33,520 nucleotides of DNA from a virus (IMGVR_UViG_3300031524_000047:1-33520), one strand, 5' to 3'. Positions 1 to 8,948 are shown, counted from the stretch's first letter. Notes: generated by a model from the sequence alone, not told the origin. Program-made: numbers and translations.

Positions 1-1
1 C

Positions 2-760
2 ACGGCGCTTTTCCCGCAACTGCGTATTGTTGTTTACAATTCGTTTAAGTCAACTGCGGCAGCACCACGTTGGCGCGTTTTCATCCCGACTACGCATGCA
101 ATGACAACAGAACTTTACATAGACATCACAACACAAATCAAACAAGTCGTTGAACAACACGGTGTCGGCTACCGATCGGAACAATGGCTCTATAAATGGT
201 TCAAGCGTAACGAAAACGCATCTGAGCTACCGTATCAGAATCATGGCTTCGACTGGTCTAAGACGTATCCAGAAAATCTAATGTATCTCCCGTGCCAAGC
301 TGGCGACACTGATCCCAACTCTAGTTTCTTCCTGGATTTCAAAGACGGCAACAGAAAACCATTATGCGTCCCGGACTGGATTGAACATAGCATTACACCG
401 CAACAGCGTGATCCGGAACCGTTGACACCGGAGTTATTACTGCCGACTCCGCGTCCCGAAATCCCTGCTAACGTCTCTGATAAGATGTGCGGAATGATCC
501 AACGACTACAAGCGCAACATGATGCAGAAATGAACACGGTGCACCAACATCGTATAACATCCGCAATCAATGACTGGCGCACGTGTCCATCCGGATTGCA
601 AAATCATGGCTACTTTATTCTCGGCGCTAAGCTGAAACGATTTGGTTTAGAACTACCAGCAATCCGTGATATACTCCGCCAAGAATCTGGCTACGCACAC
701 ACTCCGAAAGATCGTTTGAATCAGATCAAAAGCATTATCGACAACATCAGAAGATACTAA
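2..760 (+). CDS. AEP/prim-pol-type primase or replication protein, 5'-truncated by window edge
   Basis: Frame is open from base 2 (TALFPQLRIVVYNSFKSTAAAPRWRVFIPTTHAM...); YxxxxS...PRWRVFIP resembles the AEP primase motif; helical C-terminus resembles PriCT. Confidence 0.6.
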   Translation, partial: TALFPQLRIVVYNSFKSTAAAPRWRVFIPTTHAMTTELYIDITTQIKQVVEQHGVGYRSEQWLYKWFKRNENASELPYQNHGFDWSKTYPENLMYLPCQAGDTDPNSSFFLDFKDGNRKPLCVPDWIEHSITPQQRDPEPLTPELLLPTPRPEIPANVSDKMCGMIQRLQAQHDAEMNTVHQHRITSAINDWRTCPSGLQNHGYFILGAKLKRFGLELPAIRDILRQESGYAHTPKDRLNQIKSIIDNIRRY

Positions 761-780
761 CCAACAAAAAGGAAAACAAA

Positions 781-1218
781 ATTACACACGCATTATCCAA
801 ATTTATTCCGTCGCAACCCGGATTTGATCACTCCGACAAAATCGAACCGACGCATCGTTTCAGATTAGTTGATCTGACAACATATGATCACGAAGATTTG
901 CACTATGAATTTCAGGACAATCTCACAGCAACTGAAATCAAATTTACACCAACTGGTCACTGGTATAATCGGACCGACGATGACCCATATGCAACCGAAG
1001 AAGATTTTGCTAACGATGTTTGGGTATCCGATAACAAATATCGTTGCGACGGTTATATCAGCAGCGATACCGATTTATCATGGATCGTATTACGCTTTAC
1101 CGGTGACGATCGCTTTCAACTCTCGCGCCACCCTGACGGTTATCCTCTAGGCATTGTCAGCGAAAACGCTCTTAAAGTATGGACAATATTATCAATGGCT
1201 CGCAAGCGCCATCAGTAA
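781..1218 (+). CDS. Hypothetical phage protein, probable ATT start
   Basis: Frame of the 898 ORF is open upstream to ATT at 781, which follows AAGGAAAACAAA (same RBS style as 24649 and 30363). Confidence 0.55.
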   Translation: MTHALSKFIPSQPGFDHSDKIEPTHRFRLVDLTTYDHEDLHYEFQDNLTATEIKFTPTGHWYNRTDDDPYATEEDFANDVWVSDNKYRCDGYISSDTDLSWIVLRFTGDDRFQLSRHPDGYPLGIVSENALKVWTILSMARKRHQ

Positions 1219-1458
1219 TGCAATTCATTGCAACAATATGTGATCAACGATCAGGTTAACGCCGGAGATAATGGATTTTCTGGCAGGATATATAAGCGTA
1301 TAACAAAAAGGATTTTAGACAATGGCTTTTTACGCATTATTGCTATTAACGTTGAGCTACGTTGTCAATCTACCTAGTCGTATGGTGTGATTGGCGACTA
1401 TGGGTAGTGATGTTTGTTGTCTGTATGATTCAGATGGCATTTAGAGCAGCGTCGAAAA

Positions 1459-1767
1459 ATGATTAACAACAATAATCGGCCACGATGGGATGATACCGCG
1501 AAGAAGTTGCGCCTGAAATATTTCGCAACAAAAAGTATGTTCATACCACAACGTGAAAATGATCACACGGGTTCTGGTTTAGAAATTGTCAAGGAATATT
1601 TGCTTGATGTTCTTCCGTGGAAGTGGTCAGAAGAATACCTCGGATATGAGCCTGCGATTGTTCCATACGGATTTTGTTATGATGGATATCACGGTGAATT
1701 ATGGTTTCGCTCCGACGCTGATCTAACGCTTTTTGCAATACGCTTTGCCGAAATGCTAGCCGATTGA
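1459..1767 (+). CDS. Hypothetical phage protein
   Basis: 102-aa ORF; C-terminal WFRSDADLTLFAIRF motif of a kind seen in small phage proteins. Confidence 0.65.
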   Translation: MINNNNRPRWDDTAKKLRLKYFATKSMFIPQRENDHTGSGLEIVKEYLLDVLPWKWSEEYLGYEPAIVPYGFCYDGYHGELWFRSDADLTLFAIRFAEMLAD

Positions 1768-1785
1768 TATTTGATTAGACGCTTG

Positions 1786-1810
1786 CTGCCCAACGCTCCG
1801 CGTTGGGCAG
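1786..1810. terminator. GC-rich hairpin between convergent genes, possible bidirectional terminator
   Basis: CTGCCCAACG-ctccg-CGTTGGGCAG perfect 10-bp stem; no strong U-tract. Confidence 0.5.
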
Positions 1811-1818
1811 GACGCTCT

Positions 1819-2322
1819 TCACTTAGATAGTGCCGCGTACTTTGACCGAACGCTTGCAGCAGACCTTCCGGCGAACTGTCGCGAAATCATTTCCCAACTA
1901 GTTCCCTGACGGTTGGCGCCAAGGGTGAGCAACCGTTGTTCATCAGCTTGGCTCCATCGTGCGCCAGAACTCTTGGCCGAACGCTTCTTGGCAGGCTTTT
2001 CCGACGCATTAGCAGAGACTGTAGCCCGACGCTCTAGCTCAACTTGCAACGCTATGTTCGCTTCGGTGAGGGTCTGTACGTGGCCGTGAAGCGTCTCTAC
2101 GTGAGCCTTGGCGTTGCTAAGTTCTCCACCAATTTTCCGTGCAGCGAAGTAAGAATATCCAGAAAGCCCGACCAAAGCCATCTTCATACTATGGATGACT
2201 CCCATTTGTTTGATGGTCTCGTGAAGCGCGGGGACAGTCTCGGACCCCGTTACCAATGCTGCATGTGCTAGCAGACCCTGGGGTGCAACCGTTGGTGCCA
2301 TAATCTCAATCTGTGTGTTCAT
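1819..2322 (-). CDS. Coiled-coil protein with C-terminal Myb/SANT-like HTH
   Basis: RWSQADEQRLL..G..WEMISRQFAGRSAASVRSKY has Myb-like W..W..Y spacing; ATG at 2322 preceded by AGGAG. Confidence 0.7.
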   Translation of the reverse strand: MNTQIEIMAPTVAPQGLLAHAALVTGSETVPALHETIKQMGVIHSMKMALVGLSGYSYFAARKIGGELSNAKAHVETLHGHVQTLTEANIALQVELERRATVSANASEKPAKKRSAKSSGARWSQADEQRLLTLGANRQGTSWEMISRQFAGRSAASVRSKYAALSK

Positions 2323-2366
2323 CGTAGTCTCCTGTTGATTGTGTTCAGCATCTTTGCTGTGCACTG

Positions 2367-2394
2367 ATAATAGCGTCTGCATCAGCGTTGTCAA
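2367..2394 (-). promoter_or_regulatory. Sigma70-like promoter for the Myb-like gene
   Basis: Minus strand TTGACA-N16-TATTAT. Confidence 0.55.
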
Positions 2395-2421
2395 CTGTAA
2401 AATGTAGTCAAATATTGCAAA

Positions 2422-2443
2422 GTTCCACGTTTTTGTGGTATAT
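2422..2443 (+). promoter_or_regulatory. Variant of the recurring phage motif (or sigma70 TTGCAA-N18-TATATT) upstream of endonuclease VII
   Basis: GTTCCACG-TTTTTGTG-GTATAT, same spacing as the other copies. Confidence 0.5.
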
Positions 2444-2470
2444 TCTACGAGTATCGAAAGAACAATAACA

Positions 2471-2851
2471 ATGACGACACGTGAAAATTATTGTCAGAGA
2501 ACATACGGCATCAGCGAAGAGACCGCGGATAATCTATTAGCACAAAATGCTGGTAACTGTTGGATATGCAACAATCCGCCGAAAGTGCGTGCGTTAGCAA
2601 TAGATCACAACCATACGGATGGCAACGTGCGCGGCAGGCTCTGTCATCGTTGCAACAAACTACTCGGAACAGTTAGAGATGATCCTGCACTGCTGCTGCA
2701 AGCGTATCTCTATGCGAGTTTCTGGGATGTTGTGCAACATTATGCAACACCGAAGCCAGAATTTGCCGGCAGTATCAAGAGCAAAATCCGCCGCAACCGG
2801 ATAGCAAAAACACGTTCTACGAAGTCTGTAACAATCATCACGAAAAAGTGA
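2471..2851 (+). CDS. Recombination endonuclease VII family protein
   Basis: YGI...CWIC...IDHNH..G.VRGRLCHRCN..LG signature. Confidence 0.85.
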   Translation: MTTRENYCQRTYGISEETADNLLAQNAGNCWICNNPPKVRALAIDHNHTDGNVRGRLCHRCNKLLGTVRDDPALLLQAYLYASFWDVVQHYATPKPEFAGSIKSKIRRNRIAKTRSTKSVTIITKK

Positions 2852-3028
2852 TCGACTATAAAGCCAAAACAGGGTCAAAACGGGTTAAATCCTGTGTTTA
2901 CTATAATATTCGTTGCGTAAATAGGTGTGTGAGAAAGAAATACTCACACTCGTCTCGGTTAGATTGGGGATGCATCCCCAACTAACTATAAACAAAAGAC
3001 GAGGCATATTAGAGATGAGTATCATATT

Positions 3029-3469
3029 ATGTCTATCAAATCACCTGAATACGCCTGTTGGGTTAATATCAAGCACAGAACACGCAACCTGGAACATGCG
3101 TCATATCCTGATTACGGCGCCCGTGGTATTAATATCTGCGACGCTTGGTACAACGATTTCGCAGCATTTTTTGCTTATGTCGGACCACGCCCGTCCGCTG
3201 CACATAGTATTGAGCGCATCGACAACGAAGGCAACTATGAGCCCGGCAACGTGCGTTGGGCAACCCGCACGGAACAGCAGCGCAACCGTCGAAAATACGT
3301 CGGCGGCAAACGTCTAACAACAGAGATGCGCAACGCGATCGTTGCATTGTACGGGCGAGTTTCGCAACGATTTATCGCCGAACAGTTTAATGTATCGCAA
3401 CCGACAGTCTCTCGGACCATGGCCGCAGCTAACATGCCATACGTTCGCATCGACCGTCACACACGATAA
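3029..3469 (+). CDS. HNH homing-type endonuclease with C-terminal HTH
   Basis: YGARGI.IC..W...F..F....GPRP...SIERIDN.GNYEPGNVRWAT..EQ.RN; SQRFIAEQFNVSQPTVSR HTH. Confidence 0.85.
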   Translation: MSIKSPEYACWVNIKHRTRNLEHASYPDYGARGINICDAWYNDFAAFFAYVGPRPSAAHSIERIDNEGNYEPGNVRWATRTEQQRNRRKYVGGKRLTTEMRNAIVALYGRVSQRFIAEQFNVSQPTVSRTMAAANMPYVRIDRHTR

Positions 3470-3541
3470 TCAATAACAATAACAACAATAGCAACCCGGA
3501 GTTTCAAAATAACTCCGGAGTTGCAACGAAAGACAACAATC

Positions 3542-3715
3542 ATGAACACACATGAATCTCTCAAAAACGTTCGTGCACACGCTCTAAGTGATGCACTTAA
3601 ACGCGACGTTGATTTTGACGCTCATTTAGACGCTGCACTGGACGCTTGCGACAAGGCTCTAGAGATGCTGCGGCAGGCACGTGATGAAATACTTGCAATG
3701 CGGAGTACAAAATAA
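3542..3715 (+). CDS. Small hypothetical protein
   Basis: ATG at 3542; stop overlaps the next start (TAATG). Confidence 0.55.
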   Translation: MNTHESLKNVRAHALSDALKRDVDFDAHLDAALDACDKALEMLRQARDEILAMRSTK

Positions 3716-4107
3716 TGAACTACAATAATCGACTAGAGACACTGTTTCAACTCGGACAAATCACGGCCGGCGAATACGAATGTGCACTGTTTTTTCAACA
3801 AATTTACGACGATGCAATCAATCCGATCGAACACATTCGGCGTGATGCGTTGGTAGTCCTAGGTGTATTCCGAGAAGACATCGGCGCACAAGATTATAAC
3901 AATCTCGTAGCGTCTATTGGCCTACGTTGTTCTTACTCGGCGATCGGACGCGTTATACACAAATCGCATCACACTGCACGCAAACGGTTTATCAGATCAT
4001 TGCAGCGGTTCGCGAAGAATTTGGAAGTCCCATGTCACGTTGATAGTAGTAGTTCCAACGCCATGAACTATATTAACCATGGCGAAGAAAAACACAATGC
4101 GAGTTGA
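3715..4107 (+). CDS. DUF6456-like / sigma region-4-like HTH regulator (putative late-gene activator)
   Basis: LETLFQLGQIT..EY..A..F N-terminus and SYSAIGRVIHKSHHTARKRFIRSLQRFA C-terminal HTH; position just before the packaging module. Confidence 0.5.
   Translation: MNYNNRLETLFQLGQITAGEYECALFFQQIYDDAINPIEHIRRDALVVLGVFREDIGAQDYNNLVASIGLRCSYSAIGRVIHKSHHTARKRFIRSLQRFAKNLEVPCHVDSSSSNAMNYINHGEEKHNAS
4052..4073 (+). promoter_or_regulatory. Putative phage late promoter (copy before the sigma gene)
   Basis: GTTCCAAC-GCCATGAA-CTATAT; ATG 4079 lies 5 nt downstream. Confidence 0.7.
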
Positions 4108-4459
4108 GAATCAAGAACTATTGAGCGAGATTGAGAAGTCCCGCGAGCGAAACCGCATGACAGATCGTCTGGCCACGCTGTGTATGCAACTGGTTGAAAA
4201 CTATAGCAGAAGCATTGCATGGAGACAGTTTTACGCCATCGACGAATGTAAATCGGACGCATTGATGACAATGTGCACCGCGTGGCGTGTATTTGATCCG
4301 ACGGTTGGCACTAATGCTTTTGCATATATGTCAACAGTCTGTCTTAATGCGTTTAAGAAGCGTGCGTCACTAGAGTATCGTCAGTCAGAGTTGGTATCAA
4401 CGTTAACAGACGTTGCGAGTATTGATAGTTATAGTCCGTTTGATAATAGTGATGAATAA
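4079..4459 (+). CDS. T4 gp55-like late-transcription sigma factor (region-2-only)
   Basis: V.N.ELL.EI..S....MTD.L....M.L...Y.....DE..SDAL......W..FDP....NAFAY...VC.NAF.K....E..Q matches the gp55-type pattern. Confidence 0.7.
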   Translation: MAKKNTMRVENQELLSEIEKSRERNRMTDRLATLCMQLVENYSRSIAWRQFYAIDECKSDALMTMCTAWRVFDPTVGTNAFAYMSTVCLNAFKKRASLEYRQSELVSTLTDVASIDSYSPFDNSDE

Positions 4460-4462
4460 CAG

Positions 4463-4777
4463 ATGCCACAACGTCCACCAACTCTACATACATCACGTTC
4501 TGTTGACCGTCACAATCAGTATGATAAATGGCGAGTATCATCAACAGAACGTGGTTATGATTACAAATGGCAACGTGTACGTAAACTCAAACTATCATTG
4601 AACCCACTGTGTGAACTATGTGATGTAAATGATGTTGTTACTGAAGCATCAATAGTTCATCATATTAAACACGTTGATACTAATCCTGAGTTACGATTAA
4701 CAATGTCAAATCTGACTTCAGTTTGTCCATCATGCCATCAACAACTACATACTAACGATGATAAGTTGCAGTCATAG
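4463..4777 (+). CDS. Terminase-associated HNH endonuclease (HK97 gp74-like)
   Basis: RGY...WQ.VR...L..NPLCE.C...VHHI...NL..VC..CH; immediately upstream of terS. Confidence 0.88.
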   Translation: MPQRPPTLHTSRSVDRHNQYDKWRVSSTERGYDYKWQRVRKLKLSLNPLCELCDVNDVVTEASIVHHIKHVDTNPELRLTMSNLTSVCPSCHQQLHTNDDKLQS

Positions 4778-4787
4778 TCTACAAGTA

Positions 4788-4852
4788 TAGGGGCAACCCC
4801 AAAAAGTCTAGGCTACGTCTACATCGACCGCACGGTCCCTCTTTTTACGCAT
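4788..4852 (+). other. Probable cos packaging site region
   Basis: Between HNH and terS; GGGG..AAAAAGTCT..GACCGCACGGTCCCTCTTTTTACGC layout resembles 3'-cos phages; exact cut not determinable. Confidence 0.5.
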
Positions 4853-4882
4853 CCACATAATTTTTAGTTTTGAGATTAACCT

Positions 4883-5272
4883 ATGGCACGGCCAAGACTC
4901 CCCGACGAACTGCACGTAATCACCGGAGCATGGGATAAAAACCCAAATCGTCGCAGAACAGGCACACCGAAATCTGAAAATCCATTTGGTAATCCGCCAA
5001 AGTATTTTGCGGCTGATGAAAAAAAATGCTGGAAAGAAATACTAGAAAACGCCCTCCCAGGAGTGTTGACAGGTGCCGACCGCTGGGTTGCGGAAACCGC
5101 GTGTATCATCATGGCGAAAATGCGCAGACGTGAGAATATGCATGGAAACGAAATGTCACTATTAGTCACGTGTCTATCTAAACTCGGAATGACACCAGTT
5201 GATCGCACGAGACTATCTGCAACACCAGACAAAAAAGATACTGACAATCTATACGCTGAATTTGTGAACTGA
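4883..5272 (+). CDS. terS: Terminase small subunit (P27-family-like)
   Basis: MARPRLP..L..ITG...KNP.R; LGMTP.DR.RL motif; overlaps terL start. Confidence 0.85.
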   Translation: MARPRLPDELHVITGAWDKNPNRRRTGTPKSENPFGNPPKYFAADEKKCWKEILENALPGVLTGADRWVAETACIIMAKMRRRENMHGNEMSLLVTCLSKLGMTPVDRTRLSATPDKKDTDNLYAEFVN

Positions 5273-6954
5273 TGGCGCAAAAGAACTATGCAGCAACAGC
5301 CGAACAATATTGCCGTGATATAGTATCAGGTAAAATCTATGCGTCAAAATGGACCATCCTCAGCTGCCAACGCCATCTAGACGATCTTCAGAGACAATCA
5401 ACACCGGGTTTCCCATACAAATTCTCAGAAGCCGCGTTGAATAAATTCTGCCGATTTTGTGAGACGTTCCATATTTTCGAGGGACCGTTGACCGGACAGA
5501 ACATCGAGTTGATGCCCTGGCAGATGTTTGTGTTCTCGGTCCTCGGATGGCTATGTGATGGCGGCGAAAGGGACGGCAAGAGACGGTTCCGCCGCATGTT
5601 GCTTGAAATACCGCGTGGTAACTCCAAGAGCACGATGGGCGCGCTCCTGAGCCTCTGGATGCTGGCATGTGACGGCGAGGGCGGGGCGCAGTGTGTTGCC
5701 GCAGGGACTAGCCGAGATGTTGCAAAAATCAGTTGGTTAGCTGCTGCTGAAATGGCGCGTCGTGAGCCAAAATTTATGAAGGCGTTAGGCGTTGAGATTC
5801 TTGCACACTCAATAATACAACGCAAAACAGCATCACGGTTTAATCCAATATCAGCAGACGCTAAAACATCTGACGGTAAAAATTTACATTTTTGTCTTTT
5901 TGATGAATGTTGGGCATTTCCAACACGAACACTCTATGAGAGTTTAGAGACAGGAACAGCAAAACGTGATAACTCGTTAATGTGTGTAGTCGGTACCGCA
6001 GGATTTAACACGGCGTATGAACTCCGGACGTATATTACCAAAATCCTTCAAAAACAACATATAGACGAATCGACGTGGGGTATTATCTATTGCGCTCCCG
6101 ACGGTGAAGAAAAAAACTTTGCAGATGAAAACGTCTGGAAAGCAGCTAATCCGGGTTTCGGTCGAATGGTTATGCCCGAAGTTATTTCACAGCTTGCCGA
6201 GAAAGCTAAAGTTACGCCATCTGCCGTAAACTCGTTTTTAGTCAAACATCTTTGTGTCTGGTGCAACGCCGATAGTGCCTGGATGGACATGCCAAAATGG
6301 AATCAGATGCATGATCCGAATCTAACGATAGATCAATTCAAAGGTCAACAATGCTACATCGGATTAGACTTAGCAACACGGTCTGATATTGCTGCTAAAA
6401 TCAAAATATTCTCACGGATGATCGACGGTAAGCTCCATTACTATATTTTCCCAACAGCTTATCTACCGGAACTAGCCGTTCAAACGTCTGGTAATAGTCA
6501 GTACAAAGGTTGGGAGCGGCAGAACTTACTAACGGTTACACCCGGTGAAGTCACAGATTTTGCAGAGATTGAAAGCGATCTGATACAGGATTCTAAAGAT
6601 TTCCAGGTGCTAAACGTTGGTTATGATCCATGGCACGCTCAACAACTAGCACAACGGATGATTGCTGAAAATATCAAAATGGTTGAAGTTCCGATGAACG
6701 TTCGTAGTTTATCAGAACCCATGAAAGCTATTCTTTCGCTGACGTTACAAGGAAGGTTGCATCACAATAATCCGATTCTCGACTGGTGTATGTCAAACGT
6801 CGGTTTCGTTGAAGATCGTAACGCAAACTGGTTTCCGAGAAAATCAGTGCCATCGAATAAGATTGATCTTGCAGTTGCAACTATTATAGCAATGGCGCTT
6901 GCGATTGAATACGGATTCGCAGAAAAACCAAAGCGAACGATTTTTGTATTTTAA
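5272..6954 (+). CDS. terL: Terminase large subunit
   Basis: LMPWQ, Walker A PRGNSKST, Walker B LFDE, W.AANP, GLDLA..D, YDPW, KIDLAVA. Confidence 0.96.
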   Translation: MAQKNYAATAEQYCRDIVSGKIYASKWTILSCQRHLDDLQRQSTPGFPYKFSEAALNKFCRFCETFHIFEGPLTGQNIELMPWQMFVFSVLGWLCDGGERDGKRRFRRMLLEIPRGNSKSTMGALLSLWMLACDGEGGAQCVAAGTSRDVAKISWLAAAEMARREPKFMKALGVEILAHSIIQRKTASRFNPISADAKTSDGKNLHFCLFDECWAFPTRTLYESLETGTAKRDNSLMCVVGTAGFNTAYELRTYITKILQKQHIDESTWGIIYCAPDGEEKNFADENVWKAANPGFGRMVMPEVISQLAEKAKVTPSAVNSFLVKHLCVWCNADSAWMDMPKWNQMHDPNLTIDQFKGQQCYIGLDLATRSDIAAKIKIFSRMIDGKLHYYIFPTAYLPELAVQTSGNSQYKGWERQNLLTVTPGEVTDFAEIESDLIQDSKDFQVLNVGYDPWHAQQLAQRMIAENIKMVEVPMNVRSLSEPMKAILSLTLQGRLHHNNPILDWCMSNVGFVEDRNANWFPRKSVPSNKIDLAVATIIAMALAIEYGFAEKPKRTIFVF

Positions 6955-6960
6955 TACGGG

Positions 6961-6982
6961 GTTCCAACACCCGAGACTATAT
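6961..6982 (+). promoter_or_regulatory. Putative phage late promoter (before portal)
   Basis: GTTCCAAC-ACCCGAGA-CTATAT in the 52-bp intergenic gap. Confidence 0.7.
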
Positions 6983-7006
6983 CAGATATAAGCATTGTAA
7001 TATTTT

Positions 7007-8302
7007 ATGAGCCGTAAATCTCGACGTGCACAATTACGCGCAAATCAACAAAAACCAAGCGCTGGTGTAATCACTCAAAAGTCCGGCTCAGGTTGGTCTA
7101 GCGATCCTGCGACTGGACGTTTCTTCGGACCGTCGTTGTCCAGTTCTGGTGTAGCCGTTACACCGTTCACAGCACTGACAGTGCCCGCAATTTATTGTGC
7201 CACTCGTGTGATCTCCGAAGACATCGCGCGAATGTCACTGAACGTTGAGCGCAAAACTAGTACTAACTGTTTTGAAACTATCGTGCACCCGCTGAATCAA
7301 TTGTTTCGGCGTTGGAACATGTGGCAAGGCAAGTATGATGCAATCAGTTTCCTCGCATCGTCATATGCACTACGCGGCAACGCATATTGTGTCATTATCA
7401 GAAACAACGACGGAACGCCAGCGTTTCTAGTCCCGATTTCGCCGGATAGTTGCAGCGTGTGTCTCATGGCCGATGGCCGCGTGTTTTACATGATTTCGCA
7501 CCCGCTGTTGCAAGAATCAGCCGGCATTCCGGTGCGGCAAGAGGACATGTTGCACATCAAAGGGATGTCAGGCAACGGTTACGTTGGTATTAGTCCGATC
7601 GCACTACTCGCAGAATCAGTGGGATTATCAATAGCATTACAACAAACAGCGGCGCGAACATTTAGTAACGTCGCAAACATCGCTGGTATCATCGAATATC
7701 CCGACACGGTCGGCGCCGCCGAAATGTCACAAATCGCCGAAATATGGCGTCAAAGTTATGGCGGAGTAACTAACGCTGCTAAAACTGCTATTATCGACGG
7801 CGGCGGTAAATTCTCAAAAATCGCAATGACTAACGAAGAGTCTCAGTTTCTCGAATCAAGACAATTTGCACTAACGGATATTGCGCGTATTTTCCGAGTG
7901 CCACCGCACAAACTAATGATGATTGAATCTGGCGCTGGTGAATCTGCTGCTGGAAAAATGATCGAAGTGCAACACAGACAATATATTGATGAGACGTTGA
8001 GACCCTTCACCGAACGCTTTGAAGAAGAAGCAGAGTGGAAACTGTTGATGCTAGACGAACGGCAAACAACCCGCATCCGGTTTGATTACGATACTTTGAC
8101 TAAGGGCACGGAAATGGATCGTGCTGAATTTTATCAATCAGCGTTAAACAACGGTTGGTACAGTCGAAACGAAGTCCGTGCACGGGAACAGTTAGCACCA
8201 ATCGCAGGCGGCGACGAATACAGAGTATCAGTACAAACGCTACCAAACGATAAACCAAAGAACAATAACAGTGACGTTAATGACAGTGACGAAGACGTAT
8301 AG
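7007..8302 (+). CDS. Portal protein, HK97 family
   Basis: LRGNAY, MLHIK, GISPI, QFLESRQF...IARIFRVPP, NEVRAREQLAPI.GGD. Confidence 0.96.
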   Translation: MSRKSRRAQLRANQQKPSAGVITQKSGSGWSSDPATGRFFGPSLSSSGVAVTPFTALTVPAIYCATRVISEDIARMSLNVERKTSTNCFETIVHPLNQLFRRWNMWQGKYDAISFLASSYALRGNAYCVIIRNNDGTPAFLVPISPDSCSVCLMADGRVFYMISHPLLQESAGIPVRQEDMLHIKGMSGNGYVGISPIALLAESVGLSIALQQTAARTFSNVANIAGIIEYPDTVGAAEMSQIAEIWRQSYGGVTNAAKTAIIDGGGKFSKIAMTNEESQFLESRQFALTDIARIFRVPPHKLMMIESGAGESAAGKMIEVQHRQYIDETLRPFTERFEEEAEWKLLMLDERQTTRIRFDYDTLTKGTEMDRAEFYQSALNNGWYSRNEVRAREQLAPIAGGDEYRVSVQTLPNDKPKNNNSDVNDSDEDV

Positions 8303-8948
8303 CGCAACAGAATACAAGAGCCTCGCTCCGGATGTTCAACGGACAGCGATCGTGCGCAAGGATTTTGCATCAACGGTTGCAACTACAGATGACGACCGTT
8401 CATTGCTGTTCGTGATCTCAACAAACGCTGTAGATAGATCGTTAGATACAATAGATCAAACGGGTTGGGAACTCGCTGATTTTCTGTTAAATCCTGTCGT
8501 ACTGTGGGTACACAATCTCGAATCAGTTCCCGTTGGCCGTGTTACGAAAATCGGTATAGAAGATAATAAACTCAAAGCCGTAGTGCAATTTGCACCGTCT
8601 GATAATCCTGCGGTCGGATCGTTAGCAGAAGGCTTGTATCAGCATTATAAAACAGGATTCCTCTCGGCAACGTCGGTAGGATTCAACGTTATTGAATCAA
8701 GCGTATCTGACCGCTGGAATGGAAATGAGCCTGGGCTGAACATTACGAAACAGGCTCTTGTTGAACTGTCATTAGTAACTGTTCCAGCAAATCCGCAAGC
8801 ACTCATTGAAAGAACATCTAACGAAATTCCGGAGTCCATTGTGACTCCTGATGACGCAACAAAATCATTGAAAAATAATAGCAATGCTATGTTGCGTGCA
8901 CGGCGCTCTAGGCGGTCGGCGTCTCTCTGTCTCTCTAACCGTCATTAG
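8280..8948 (+). CDS. Prohead maturation protease, HK97 family
   Basis: DR..D.I...GW, NPVVLW.H, SVGF, ELSLVTVPANP.A. Confidence 0.93.
   Translation: MTVTKTYSATEYKSLAPDVQRTAIVRKDFASTVATTDDDRSLLFVISTNAVDRSLDTIDQTGWELADFLLNPVVLWVHNLESVPVGRVTKIGIEDNKLKAVVQFAPSDNPAVGSLAEGLYQHYKTGFLSATSVGFNVIESSVSDRWNGNEPGLNITKQALVELSLVTVPANPQALIERTSNEIPESIVTPDDATKSLKNNSNAMLRARRSRRSASLCLSNRH

Noticed and set aside
1218-1466. Frameshifted small membrane-protein gene (MAFYALLLL.../VWCDWRLWVVMFVV...)
   Set aside because: Fragments are short with no recognisable family; cannot be distinguished from non-coding DNA
5608-5915. Atypical terminase motifs (GNSKST, DECW) as a sign of inactivation
   Set aside because: Catalytic K, S/T, D and E are retained and the ORF is full length
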